64,000 nt of DNA from Blastocladiella emersonii ATCC 22665 (taxonomy: Eukaryota > Fungi > Blastocladiomycota), in assembly GCA_025594325.1 (NCBI GenBank), contig JANHCV010000012.1:1178001-1242000 (forward strand). The letters run 5' to 3'. The notes beneath the pieces were generated by a model, which saw only the letters and a program-made list of their open reading frames with translations, did no database searches and had not been told where the DNA came from. Numbering within the stretch: position 1 is the stretch's first letter; every line of letters starts with the position of its first letter. This document shows, piece after piece, positions 30,793 to 41,063 of the stretch. The translations under genes were made by a program, and so were the position numbers.

Positions 30793-31347
30793 GGTGCTGG
30801 TGCTGGTGGTGCGGGTTTGATGGGGTTGGTGATTGCGATGAGGGAGGGAGGGTGCAGCGACGACGGCGGGCCGCGCGCGTGTGGGACGGTGTGTGTGTGT
30901 GCTTGTGCGTGTGCAGGTGCAGATGGGGGCAGAGCGCCGTGGTGGGGGTTCAGATGCGTGCAGGTGCAGGTGCGACAAGTAGAGGGAGGGGCGAGGCGAG
31001 GGGAGAGAGCGGACGGGCACCAGGCGCGGCCGGTGGTGAGGGGAGGGGGAGCGAGAACGGGCCGCGGGGAGCGATCGCGCTGTGAGGGGAGGGAGAGCGA
31101 GGGCAGCCGTGTGGGAGCGGCGGTCGGGCCAGGTCGGCGGCCGGCCGTGATGAGCGCGAGACGCGTCGGTCACCCCGCCCGCGTGTCTCGCCCTCGCCGG
31201 CCGTGTCCGCGCTCCCACCGCTCCGCCGCCCCGATCGGGCAGGCGCGCGAGACACGCTTCGGCCTCGTGAGACTCGTTATTGAGTGTGCAAGATAACGAG
31301 GGGAGAGTATATTGCAACGGGACACACGCGTCGTCGACGCGGCTCGC

Positions 31348-32926
31348 TCACATGCCCAGCATCGGCACGCCCGCGACGGGCACCTCGAGAAAGTCGTCGT
31401 CGCTCGACTCATCACCGTCTTCACCGTCGGACCCGTCACTGCTGCCCGAGTCGGACTCGCTCGACGACGTGCCGCTGAGATGCACGATCTCTCGGGCGCC
31501 GTCGTGGCTGGTCGTGGTCCACGCCGACGCGCGCTTTCGCCGGCGGCCCGCCTCCTCCTCATCGTCGCGCGCGCGCTTCTTGCCCTTGCCGCCGCCGTCG
31601 CCGAGGTGGCTCGACGACGTGACCGACGACACCTGGCTCAGGTAGTCCTGGTAATCTAGACGTGGCACGAGTGTCAGTCCGCGCCCTCGCGAGCGTGAGC
31701 TCAGCGCAACGTACACTTGTTATCCTCGTCGCCATCACTCCCGTCGGCCTCGCGCGCGAGCTCCGTGTCCTCGGCCTCGTCGTGCTCGGGGACAATGGGT
31801 TCGCCCGTGACGGTGCTGACGCGGTGCCAGACGGGGAGCCGGTTCTCGGCGCGCTTTTCGCGGGCGGCCTGGGCGCGGCGGCGCGCGGACTCGGCGTCCT
31901 CGGTGAACTCGACCGTGATCGTGGTCATGGCGTCGGCCGCGAGTGCCGCCGCCGCCGCCGCCGCGTCCGCCGCGGATTTGCTGGATGGGTTGGCCGGGTC
32001 GCCCTTGGCGTTGACGGCGGCGTCGCGCGAGGGGCGGTACTCGGCGGGGTCGTCCTGCAGGCGCTTGCGGTACTCCTCGAGGGTGAAGTCGGGGAGGGGC
32101 ACCTCGCGGCACCGGGCGAGGAGGTCCATGAGCGGCTTGATCTGCTGGTTCAACTTGACGATCTCGGGCGACTTGGACTTGGCGACCGACTCGTCCTCGA
32201 CGAGCTCGACGGTCGGGTGGACCGTGCACACCATGAGGAAGCTGGTGGCGCCCATGTGGCCCATCATCATCGAGTTGGAGATGGCCTCGAGGCTCGAGTA
32301 CCGCTTGTGGCACGTCGGGCACATGTAGACCACGTTGTCGACCTCGCGGTTGATGCGCGTCTCGGTGCGCTCCGTCAGCGTCTTGAGCATCCAGCTCATC
32401 ACGTCGCAGAACCGCCGGTAGTCGAGCACGTAGATGTCCGACTTGGACGCCTTGGCATTCGCCGCGTTCGCGTTCATGTGCGACGGCGGCGGGATCCCGT
32501 CGGGGCGGTTCGACTCCTTGCGCACCTGCTCGCTATACACGCCCGAGTGTCAGCGGTCGCGCTCCATCGCTCGTGCGATGCGATGCGACGGGAACGTACC
32601 GGCGAAGCAGCCGCTGCCGCGTGAGCCGCGCACACACCTTGGCCGAGTCCTTTTCGGACGTGAGCCCGAGGATCATCTTGAGCTTGGCCGCCGACGCGCT
32701 ACACTCACCGACCGTGTCTCAGCACTCGCACCCCCACCCATCACCCCGCTCCGACGAAAGCGTACGCAGGAAACGTCGGAAACTTGAGCCCGTTGAGGTA
32801 GTCGAGCACGACGACCTCGCCGCCCGTGAAGAAGAGGCGCGCCGTCATGCGCACGAGCTCGCGGTGCGCCGCCAGGTCGACGGCCTCGAGCTTCTGCTCG
32901 TACGTGAGCTCCATGGAGGACGCCAT
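31348..32926 (-). CDS. TFA1: General transcription factor TFIIE alpha subunit, spliced
   Basis: N-terminal winged-helix-like region, YVLDYRRFCDV, zinc ribbon YMCPTCHKRYSSLEA, LPVWH..STV and an acidic tail. Confidence 0.85.
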
Positions 32927-33046
32927 CGTAACGTTGCGCCTAGTTGGAGCGGCGGAGATGCATGGACTCCCGCGGTCAAGACCGGGTTGTGGAGAGCGAG
33001 CGGGTGCGGCGGCCGCGGCGGCGCTTTCTTCGGCTCGCGTCTGTCC

Positions 33047-34002
33047 ATGGTCGCTGCCGACGGCGTTCCTGTTCCTTCTCTCGACCAACTCGCTGCTATG
33101 GATGCACATGAATCGATCCGCGTCACTTGCAGCTGGACACTTGCTTCGGAGAACCCGGCCGACGCGCTGACGGCGCTCGTCCAGGCTTCAGACGACCCGC
33201 TATCGTCGAAGCCCGCTGCGCTCGAGTTCCTTCGCCCACCCCCCTCCGAGGACGAGGAAGACCCGACGACCCGCTCGCCGACCATCTGGCTGACCTCGAC
33301 CCGGCCCGACGTGCAACTCGCCGACTCCGTCGCGGTGCTGACGAACGCGCGCCGCATCGAGGTCGGCGTGCGCGACCGGCACGCGGCGGCGGGCGCCGCG
33401 TACGAGTACCGCGAGACGGTCACGGGCGAGCCGATCGAGCCCGGGTGCTTCCTGATCGAGGTCGGCGTCGAGGGGTGTGCGGACGTGCAGCTCAAGGTGC
33501 GGCTCGCCGTGTCGTTGAGGGCTACGGGTGTCGTTAACGCGAAGGTGTGTAGTTTGTCACGCTGCCGCGCGGCGAAAAAGACGTGCTCCGGCTGCTCCTG
33601 CTGCACGTCGAGGTCGAGGCGTGCGCGGTGACGGCGCCGCTGACGCCCGAAGCGGCGGCAGGCGGGTTCCCCGGGAACATGGGCGCGATCATGGCCGCGC
33701 TCATGGGGATCCCGGCCATGCCCGCAGCGTTCTCGTCCTCCATGGCGACGGGCGGCCCGTCGACGTCGCCGCCACCAGAACCCGAACCCGAACCCGAACC
33801 TCAACCGCGCGCCGCAGTCGACGCGCCGTCCGCGGCGCCCGTCTCGGACACGGACCGCCTCCTCGCGCGGCTCGACCAGCTCGAGTCCCGCCTCGGCGCG
33901 CGCCTCGACACGCTGTCCTCCGCGGTGCACCGCCTCGAGGGCCGCATGGACCGCGTCGAGGGCATGGCGCGCGGCCTCGGCCTGTTCGGCAGCAACCAAT
34001 AG
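33047..34002 (+). CDS. Hypothetical protein, weakly C10orf88/PAAT-like, with a C-terminal coiled coil
   Basis: Two exons (ORFs 32573-33631 and 33583-34002). TNARRIEV...EYRETVTG resembles the PAAT N-terminal motif. Confidence 0.45.
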
Positions 34003-34032
34003 ACGCAATATATCCCCTCCCACATCCCGCTA

Positions 34033-35524
34033 CTACTCCCCGCCACGCTCCTTCTGCTGCTGCTGCTGCTGCTGCCGCTCCATCGCGCGCTTAACGAGCC
34101 GCGCGTCGTTGCCCACACGCCGCGCCTTGTTGCTCCCCCCACCCCCACCACCGCCCGGCCGCTCGGCGGTGAACACGCCCTTGGTCGCGAGCTCGTGGGT
34201 GACCCGGTCGCGCAGGGTCGCGAGGAGGGCGTGGTCGTCCTGTTCGTCTTGTTCGTCGAACACGTAGTCGGCGAACCAGGCGGAGCCGCCCATGTCGTCG
34301 AGGTCCAGGTCGTTCATGTCCGTGTCGTCGAACAGGCGCTTGCGCGCGGACGAGGTCGAGGAGGAGGGTTTGGTGGGGCGGGTGGACGAGGCGGCGAGGA
34401 CCGCGCGGACGGACTCGGTCAGCGTCGTGGGCTTCGGCGCGGGCGCTGAGGGGAGCGCGCCGTCTTCGTCCTCGTCCATGGGCTCGTCGTGAGGATGCTA
34501 TACGAGCGGGAGTCAGTGTGCGATGCCGCGCGGGCTCGCGAAACGAGGAGGCGTACCGCTTTGGCCGACGGCGGCGGCGGGAGCAGGTCGAGGTCGTAGT
34601 CGCCGCCCGCGTCGCCGAATATATCCTCGTCATCGTCGTCAGCCTCGTCGACCGCCATGGCCGTCGGCGGGGTCTGCACCACGGGCTTCTCGTCCACCTC
34701 CACCACCGCCTTCTCCTCCTTCACCTTTCGCTTCGCCCCACCCCTCTTCTCCTCGCGGAACTCGCGCATCATCTCAACCACCACATCCACGACCGCGCGC
34801 TGATCCGCGTCATGCACCGGCGGCGGCAGGGCGCGCGAGTTGACGACGACCGCGGGCCGCGCATCCAGCTCCTTGGACTGCAGGTCGAACGCGTACACGG
34901 TCTTGCCCGGGTAGAACGCGGTACACGGACCCGCCGGCGGCGCGGGGCGTTTGAGCGCGGCCTCGAGCACGCGTTTCGCGAACGCGGACGTCTTCGAGGA
35001 CTGTTGAGGGGGATCGGGCTCGGGGGTCGCGACGCGCGGTTCGGGCTCCACCGCCGCGACGGGTTCCGCCTCAGACGACGTCCCCGCCTCGCTCGTCCCG
35101 CGGAGCATCGCGACGAGCTTGGCGGTCGCATCGATCCCCGCGTCCGCCCCACCCTCGCCGTCGGCGATGCGCCGCTCGGCCGCGCGGTTGCGGTACGTGG
35201 CGCCCGACGCGCCGACGAGCGTCAGGGGTTCGGCGGCGATGCCGTCGCCGCGGACGGGTTTCGCGCGGCGCCCGCCCGCGCCCGCGGAGGCGGAGGGCGG
35301 GGGAGGCGCGGCGGCGGCGCGCGCGGCGATGAGGTTGCGGAAGTCGGCTTGGGTTAGTCTACACGCCGTCGAAGGGGAGTGGGGGTGTCAGGGTCTCGCG
35401 TCGCGGCGACCGTGGTCGTGGTCGGCGTGGTCGGTGTGCGCGACGTCGTCGTACCCTACACATCATCATCATCCCCATCCGCGCCGTCGTCGTCGTCGTC
35501 TTCATGAGCATCCGTCCGTTCCAT
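34033..35524 (-). CDS. RED/IK-like spliceosome-associated protein, spliced
   Basis: LTQADFRNLI, YRNRAAERR, YAFDL and DDEDIFGDAGGDY follow the RED N-terminal domain motifs. Confidence 0.7.
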
Positions 35525-35599
35525 TGCACCAAGTCCCTCGCGCCAACTTACCCTGCTTCGCCATGATCCAAAACCACCAAGTATATTCCTCCCTCCGTC

Positions 35600-38500
35600 T
35601 CACCGTCCCGTCGCAAAACACGCCATACACTTCCGGCTCGCCGCCTTGACGCCCGGCGGCGCGGGCGGCAAGTTCTCCGGCACCGCCCCCAACGGCGCGC
35701 CGCCCGCGAGCCCGTTGGCCGCGTCGCGCGTCTGCCACGCGGGCCACCACAGCGCGGACGTCGGGGCGTCGCACGCGGCGCACCGCGGCGGGCGCGGCGG
35801 CGGGGCCGGCGCGGTCAGCTTGAGCTTGATGCGGAACCCGCCGCCCGTACCCTGCAAGGGGAGCGACGCGGTCGATGAACTTGCACTAGCGCCGCCGAGC
35901 CGCGGGGTACTCGCGGTCGTCGACGCGGGCGATTCCGCGAACGGGAACCGGAAGTCGCGCAGGCTGCGGAGCGGCGGCTCGCCTGCCTTGGCCGCGGCGT
36001 TGCTCCGTGTCCCCGCCGAATGCGCGGGCGGGGCGACGGGCGCGTACGTCGCGAGGAACGCGGGGGTCAGGACGACGGGCGTCTTGCGCACGCCGTTCTT
36101 CCCACCACCGCCCGCGGGGTGCGGGACGGGCGCGACCTTGTGCGCGACCGCAAACTCGATGGCGCGGTGCACGCTGGCCTGCGCGATAAACTTGACGACG
36201 TCGCCGCCGCGTTTCGCCGAGGCGCGGAGCTCGGTGACGGGCGGGACCCATGCGCCGGTCGGCGTGGCCACGGTGCCGGTTGGGATCGACGCGGGGAGCG
36301 TGGTGCGGCGCGCGCCCTTGCGTTTCCCCGTGGACGCGGCCTCGGCGGCAGCGGTCGCCGCGGCCACGGCGGTCGCGGCGAGCGCGCCGATCGCGAGCGT
36401 GCCGGACGTCCGCGACGCGGGGTCGAGGTGCGCGTCGGGCGCGAGGTGGTGCCGGCACCAGATGGCGGGGGTCCCGCCGGTACTGGCGGAGGCGGACGCG
36501 GACCGGCTGCGCGCGGTTTTGCTCCCAGAAGCCGACGCGGGCGCGGGCGCCGCGTCCTCGAGCACACCAAAGAAATTGCCCGCGCGGTGCGCGCACGCGA
36601 CGTGGAACGCGGCGCCGCACGCTGCGTCCGCGCACTTGACCGTCGCCCCGCCCTTGCCGTGACACACGGCGCACGGCTCGCACGTCCGCGCGGGTGGCAG
36701 GGCATCGATCCCATGCACCGTCTCGAACCCACCCGCGCCGACCCCCGCAAACCGCGTCTCGGGGACGTACAGCGCGCACAGCGTGTGGACCCAGTTATGC
36801 ATCGCGGTCCGCGTGAGCGGGGCCGCGGGCACGTGCGGGTGCGTGCGCGGGCACAGGAGGCAGTGGTAGTCGATGGCGTCGGCGGGCGCGCGCGCGTTGG
36901 TGCAGGGCGCGCACCGCCACTTGTACCCGTTCGCGTCAGTGGCGGGCGCTGAGGTGCGGAGACACGACGCGTGCACGTGCATGACGCAATCGGCGCACTC
37001 GAGCAGCGGCTCCGGGTCCGCGTGCTCCAGGCACATGGCGCACCGCGGCAGCGGCGGCGGCGGCGGGACGGGCGTCGCGGATGACGAGGCGGCGGCGGCG
37101 ATGGCGGACGGTTTGGCGGGGGCATCGGCGCGCCGGCGCGGGCGTTTCGCCGCGGGCGCCGCGGCCGCGATCAGGTCGTCAGCGTCCGAGAGCTCGTCGA
37201 CGTCGGGCAGTTCGTCGTCGTCGTCGTAGAACCCGAGCCGGTGTGCGCTGCTATCGCCGCTCGACGTGCGCGCGCGGCCGGCCCCACCAGACCCCGAAAG
37301 CGACTTGCGCTTCTTGCCGGGCACCAACCCGTCCTCGTCGCCATCCTCCCCCACCGACACGGGCGCAGCGCCAGGCCGGAGCGCGCCGTACCGCATCCAG
37401 TACTTTCCGCACACGTCGCACAGGACGTGGCAGGTGCCGGGGGTCGCGGCGCCGTGGACGAGGTCCTGGCCCGTGACCGTCTTGGGTTCCGGGTCATGCG
37501 CGGTCAGGGCGCGTGACGACGTGCGCAGGCTCAGGTTGGTCAGAATGTACCGGTGCGTCGCCGACGTCTGCCGGCACAGCGTGCACGCGTCGGCGTCGAT
37601 CTCCTCGGGCTCCGAGTCGGACGACTCGGCCGTGTGGGTGCCCGAGTCGGGCCCGCCGCTGCCGCTACCGTCGGCGGGGGGCGACCGCGAGCGAGACCGC
37701 GACCGCGCGCGGAGCGACACTGAGCTGCCCGAGACGCCGGTGCGCGCCAGCAGGCCGTAGTGGTGGCCGTGATGATCCGCGGCGCTGCTGGCGGGAGCAG
37801 GCGCGCCGCCGGGCGGCGGGAGCAGCATATCGTGCTCGCCGAGAAACTGGTGGAGCGCGGCCTGGACCTGCGGCGTCTTCTTGGCCTGGTACAGGTGCGT
37901 TACGAGGGCGGCGTGCGGGAGGTGCGGGAGCATCTTGCCGATCGGGTGGAGGTCGAACCCGTGCTGGCGCACGCCGTCGAGGAACGTGGCGAGGTCGGCG
38001 TCGGACCACGGCACGTCGCCGCGCGCGTGCAGGGCTTCCCCACCCACACCGTCCGGGTACGTCCCGCGCGCCACATTGTCGGGGGTCAGCGACGCGAGGA
38101 CCTCGGCGGTGCGCGCCGCGTCGTACCCGGCGCGGTGCAGCTCGAAGACGGCGCGGTCGAGCAGGCTCGTCTTGGACGCGGGGACGGGGAGCGCCTTGGC
38201 CTCGGCGAGCGTGGTGGCGAGCTGGTCGACGGCGGCGTGGTGCGCGGGGTCGCGCGGGCCGAAGATCAGGCACGCGTCGTCGCCGCGCGCGGGCGTGCTG
38301 GCGAGGTACTCGGCGAGCGACGTGGACGCGGGCACGCCCATGTGCTTGAGCGAGATGTGGTGCGCCAGGGCGGCGGTCTCGGCCGCTGCGGAAGTCCCGC
38401 CGCGCTTGCGCCGCGAGTGGCTGCCGTTGCTGCTCGCGGCAGAGGCGGCGGCGGCCTTGCCGTCGGCGGCCGACTCGACGAGCTTTGGGATGGTGGCCTG

Positions 38501-39619
38501 GTACCGCGAGGCGATGCGCGAGGCGAGCTTCGGGTACAGCGGGTGCTGCAGGTCGATCTCGGACGCGTCCGAGTTGGAGCAGTGGATGCCAAAGTACGTG
38601 TAGGGGAAGGGCGAGGCGGCGGCGCTCGGCTTGTTGCTCTCGGCCATGGTCACGTCGGCGGCGGTGGGCTCGGCGGAGATGGCGGCGGCGGCCGAGGACG
38701 CGGTCCCGCTGACATCGACGGACGTGTCGGCAGTGGCCGGCTTGGGCGGTTCGGGCGGCGGGAGCCCGACGGCGCAAAAGTGGCACTGCCAGCGGTAGCC
38801 GGCCTTGGGCTTGCGGACGGCGGTGAGGCATGCTGCGTGGTAGACGCAGGCGCACGTCACGCACTCGAGGGCGTCGTCGCGCGGGACCCACTGGCCGCAC
38901 AGGCGGCACTCCTGGTACGACCCGCGCAGCTCCTTGTCGCGGCCCTCCTCGACCAGCACGAACTTGAAGACGCGCAGGCGGTCGAGGACGGCGGGCGGGC
39001 GGTTGGTGATCGAGGCCGTGGGGATCACGTCGTAGACGCGCTTGGTGAAGCGGTCGAACAGCTGGCGGTAGAAGAAGGTGCGGTCGCGGGCGAGGTAGGC
39101 GTCGAGGTCGGCGACCTCCGACTCGTGGCGCACCTCGCACCGGTCGACGATGCTGCGCACCGGGTTCACGTCCGAGTGCATCGAGGCGACGAGCAGGCGC
39201 GCCGGGTACGCCTTGGTGCGGCTCAGCACGTCGTGCGGCCGGTAGAACCACGCCAGCCGCACGTGCTTGTCGCCGACAAACTCCATGATGCGGCCCAGGA
39301 AGTACGGCTCGCCCAGCGTCTCGGAGCGCAGCATGACAAAGTCTGGGTGAGAGGGGGAGAGTGTGAGGTCGGGACGGGTTCGACATCGACAAGAAGCACG
39401 CGTACCGTCGACCTTGTACTGCACAACGGGCTTTGCGGGTGCCGCGGGCTTGGCGGGGGCCGCGTCCGCGGTCGTCGCGGCAGCGGATCCGGGGCGACGA
39501 CGGCCGTTCGCGGTGGTCACGGTCGCGGCCGCGGGTGCGCTGGCCGGCGCGGTTGCCGCAGGTGGAGCGGCGGCGGGCGCCGTGGCGGCCCCGGCAGCGA
39601 TCCGGGTGCTACGGCGCAT
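35600..39619 (-). CDS. SNT2: Snt2-like chromatin protein (BAH, PHD, ELM2/SANT, GATA-like, PHD, ePHD)
   Basis: BAH EPYFLGRIMEF...WFYRP...LLVASMHSD, several C4HC3 PHD fingers, ASRIASRYQA (ELM2), SANT-like PWSDAD and LCDVCGKYWMRYG. Confidence 0.85.
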   Translation of the reverse strand: MRRSTRIAAGAATAPAAAPPAATAPASAPAAATVTTANGRRRPGSAAATTADAAPAKPAAPAKPVVQYKVDGTRASCRCRTRPDLTLSPSHPDFVMLRSETLGEPYFLGRIMEFVGDKHVRLAWFYRPHDVLSRTKAYPARLLVASMHSDVNPVRSIVDRCEVRHESEVADLDAYLARDRTFFYRQLFDRFTKRVYDVIPTASITNRPPAVLDRLRVFKFVLVEEGRDKELRGSYQECRLCGQWVPRDDALECVTCACVYHAACLTAVRKPKAGYRWQCHFCAVGLPPPEPPKPATADTSVDVSGTASSAAAAISAEPTAADVTMAESNKPSAAASPFPYTYFGIHCSNSDASEIDLQHPLYPKLASRIASRYQATIPKLVESAADGKAAAASAASSNGSHSRRKRGGTSAAAETAALAHHISLKHMGVPASTSLAEYLASTPARGDDACLIFGPRDPAHHAAVDQLATTLAEAKALPVPASKTSLLDRAVFELHRAGYDAARTAEVLASLTPDNVARGTYPDGVGGEALHARGDVPWSDADLATFLDGVRQHGFDLHPIGKMLPHLPHAALVTHLYQAKKTPQVQAALHQFLGEHDMLLPPPGGAPAPASSAADHHGHHYGLLARTGVSGSSVSLRARSRSRSRSPPADGSGSGGPDSGTHTAESSDSEPEEIDADACTLCRQTSATHRYILTNLSLRTSSRALTAHDPEPKTVTGQDLVHGAATPGTCHVLCDVCGKYWMRYGALRPGAAPVSVGEDGDEDGLVPGKKRKSLSGSGGAGRARTSSGDSSAHRLGFYDDDDELPDVDELSDADDLIAAAAPAAKRPRRRADAPAKPSAIAAAASSSATPVPPPPPLPRCAMCLEHADPEPLLECADCVMHVHASCLRTSAPATDANGYKWRCAPCTNARAPADAIDYHCLLCPRTHPHVPAAPLTRTAMHNWVHTLCALYVPETRFAGVGAGGFETVHGIDALPPARTCEPCAVCHGKGGATVKCADAACGAAFHVACAHRAGNFFGVLEDAAPAPASASGSKTARSRSASASASTGGTPAIWCRHHLAPDAHLDPASRTSGTLAIGALAATAVAAATAAAEAASTGKRKGARRTTLPASIPTGTVATPTGAWVPPVTELRASAKRGGDVVKFIAQASVHRAIEFAVAHKVAPVPHPAGGGGKNGVRKTPVVLTPAFLATYAPVAPPAHSAGTRSNAAAKAGEPPLRSLRDFRFPFAESPASTTASTPRLGGASASSSTASLPLQGTGGGFRIKLKLTAPAPPPRPPRCAACDAPTSALWWPAWQTRDAANGLAGGAPLGAVPENLPPAPPGVKAASRKCMACFATGR

Positions 39620-40062
39620 GGTGGTGCGGGACGGGAGCGATCTCAGTCGGGCCCGAGGCGGTGGAGAGATGACGGTCGCGTCGTCGTCGTCGGCAAGGGC
39701 GGTTACGGCGAGAGCATGCGCGTGCCGGCGACGTGGGCCGAGCAGCGATCGGGTCGGGGTCGGTCGGGGTCGGATAGGGGCCGAGGAGGAGAGCGGAAGG
39801 TACGCGCGCACACACACTCGCGACCAGGCGACTTCTGGGGGAGGGGGTTGTTGCAACGCAAAACACGAGCGGAAGCGGAACGAAAAGCGCAAAGGCGGCC
39901 GACCGTGTGAAGCCGGTGCGATCCCGCGTCACGTGGGGTCAGGGCTGCCGTTGACCCGAAGCGCTGATTGGCCCACGCGTCCCGGCTCGAGCCGACTTCG
40001 ACTCGACGGCTATCCTCCCTCCCCATCGCAACGCTCCCTGAATTCGCGATGGATGACAGCTC

Positions 40063-40500
40063 TTACTTGTTGCACCGCGAGAAGTGTCGGTGCCCACGGT
40101 CTGTGCCGTCAGCGGCCCCCACCGTGTTGCTTGCGTGATCCTCGCCCTGCTGCTGCATCAACAGCGGCGCGTGCACGGCGCTCTGCTTGGACGTGTAGTC
40201 GTCGGCGATAGGGAGGAGAACGATGATGTGGCGCAACATCTGGTTGGCCATCTCGACCATGACCGCGGCGAGTAACGCGGACCTCGTCGTACGCCAACTG
40301 GTGTCCGATCGGCGCAGCCGCGGTATCGAGAGAGACTTGACCAGCCTGTCGAACAGTTGCTGGCGATGCCGGTGCGCGAGGTACCTGACGCGTTCAAGAA
40401 CCGGGTGCTGCACCTCGGCGACCTTCCCCTCCTTGGCCGCCACGTTGGCGCGGATCTTGTCGATGTGCGGTCAGGCGGGCTGCGCGACCGCAGCGCGGTC
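40063..40500 (-). pseudogene. Decayed second copy of the Fanzor C-terminal region
   Basis: DKIRANVAAKE...RQQLFDRLVK...ADDYTSKQSAV aligns with DKIRANVAAEE...RQKMFDGLAK...AEGYTSKRCAV. The zinc-finger cysteines are lost. Confidence 0.75.
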
Positions 40501-40820
40501 CTGGTAGTGCGCGCCTAGCCCACGCTGTCCGCGCCTAGGCCATGCTGTGCGCGCGACTGGCGCACATAAGTTGCGACTTGAGGCGGAACCCGAACTCGTG
40601 GTGGACCTCAGACTCTCGCTGAGATGCCGTCCAACCAGCGCTCAGGGCTTTCTTCCTATGCGAGAGCGACAGCGACCAGAGTCCGCACCGCGGGTCGAGA
40701 GTTTTGCCGAGAGCGACTTCAGTCAGTACCAGTAGCCGTGACGTCCTAGTACATCGGCGACACCTCAGCTCGATCTGTTCCAAATCATGGACGTCCTTGC
40801 GGCCCATCAACGGGTCGTCG

Positions 40821-41063
40821 CCGCTCCCCACCCGCCATCACCAACTTGACCCACGAAATCCTGCCTGTCTCGCCATTTGTGTAGAACACCCTACGAATAC
40901 CATGTATCCATGACAGACAACCCTCGTCGCCGATCACGCTACAACTTCAATCGCACTATTTACGCCGTCAAGGCTGCCGCAGCCCCTTGCCGGCCATACT
41001 GGGGCGCCCCTCGCGAGGCAAACGTGCCCTCGGGCACGCCGAGAAACTCAACCCCAGCGCAGG
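40821..41063 (-). ncRNA. Candidate Fanzor omegaRNA / element right end
   Basis: Directly 3' of the Fanzor stop, with several hairpins (40972-40984, 41009-41018, 41023-41038). The distal part is conserved in a second copy at about 44589-44790. Confidence 0.4.

Noticed and set aside
27950-39910. Many long Arg/Ala/Gly/Pro-rich ORFs such as 28173-30266 and 37760-39910
   Set aside because: Antisense or off-frame shadows of GC-rich host genes.
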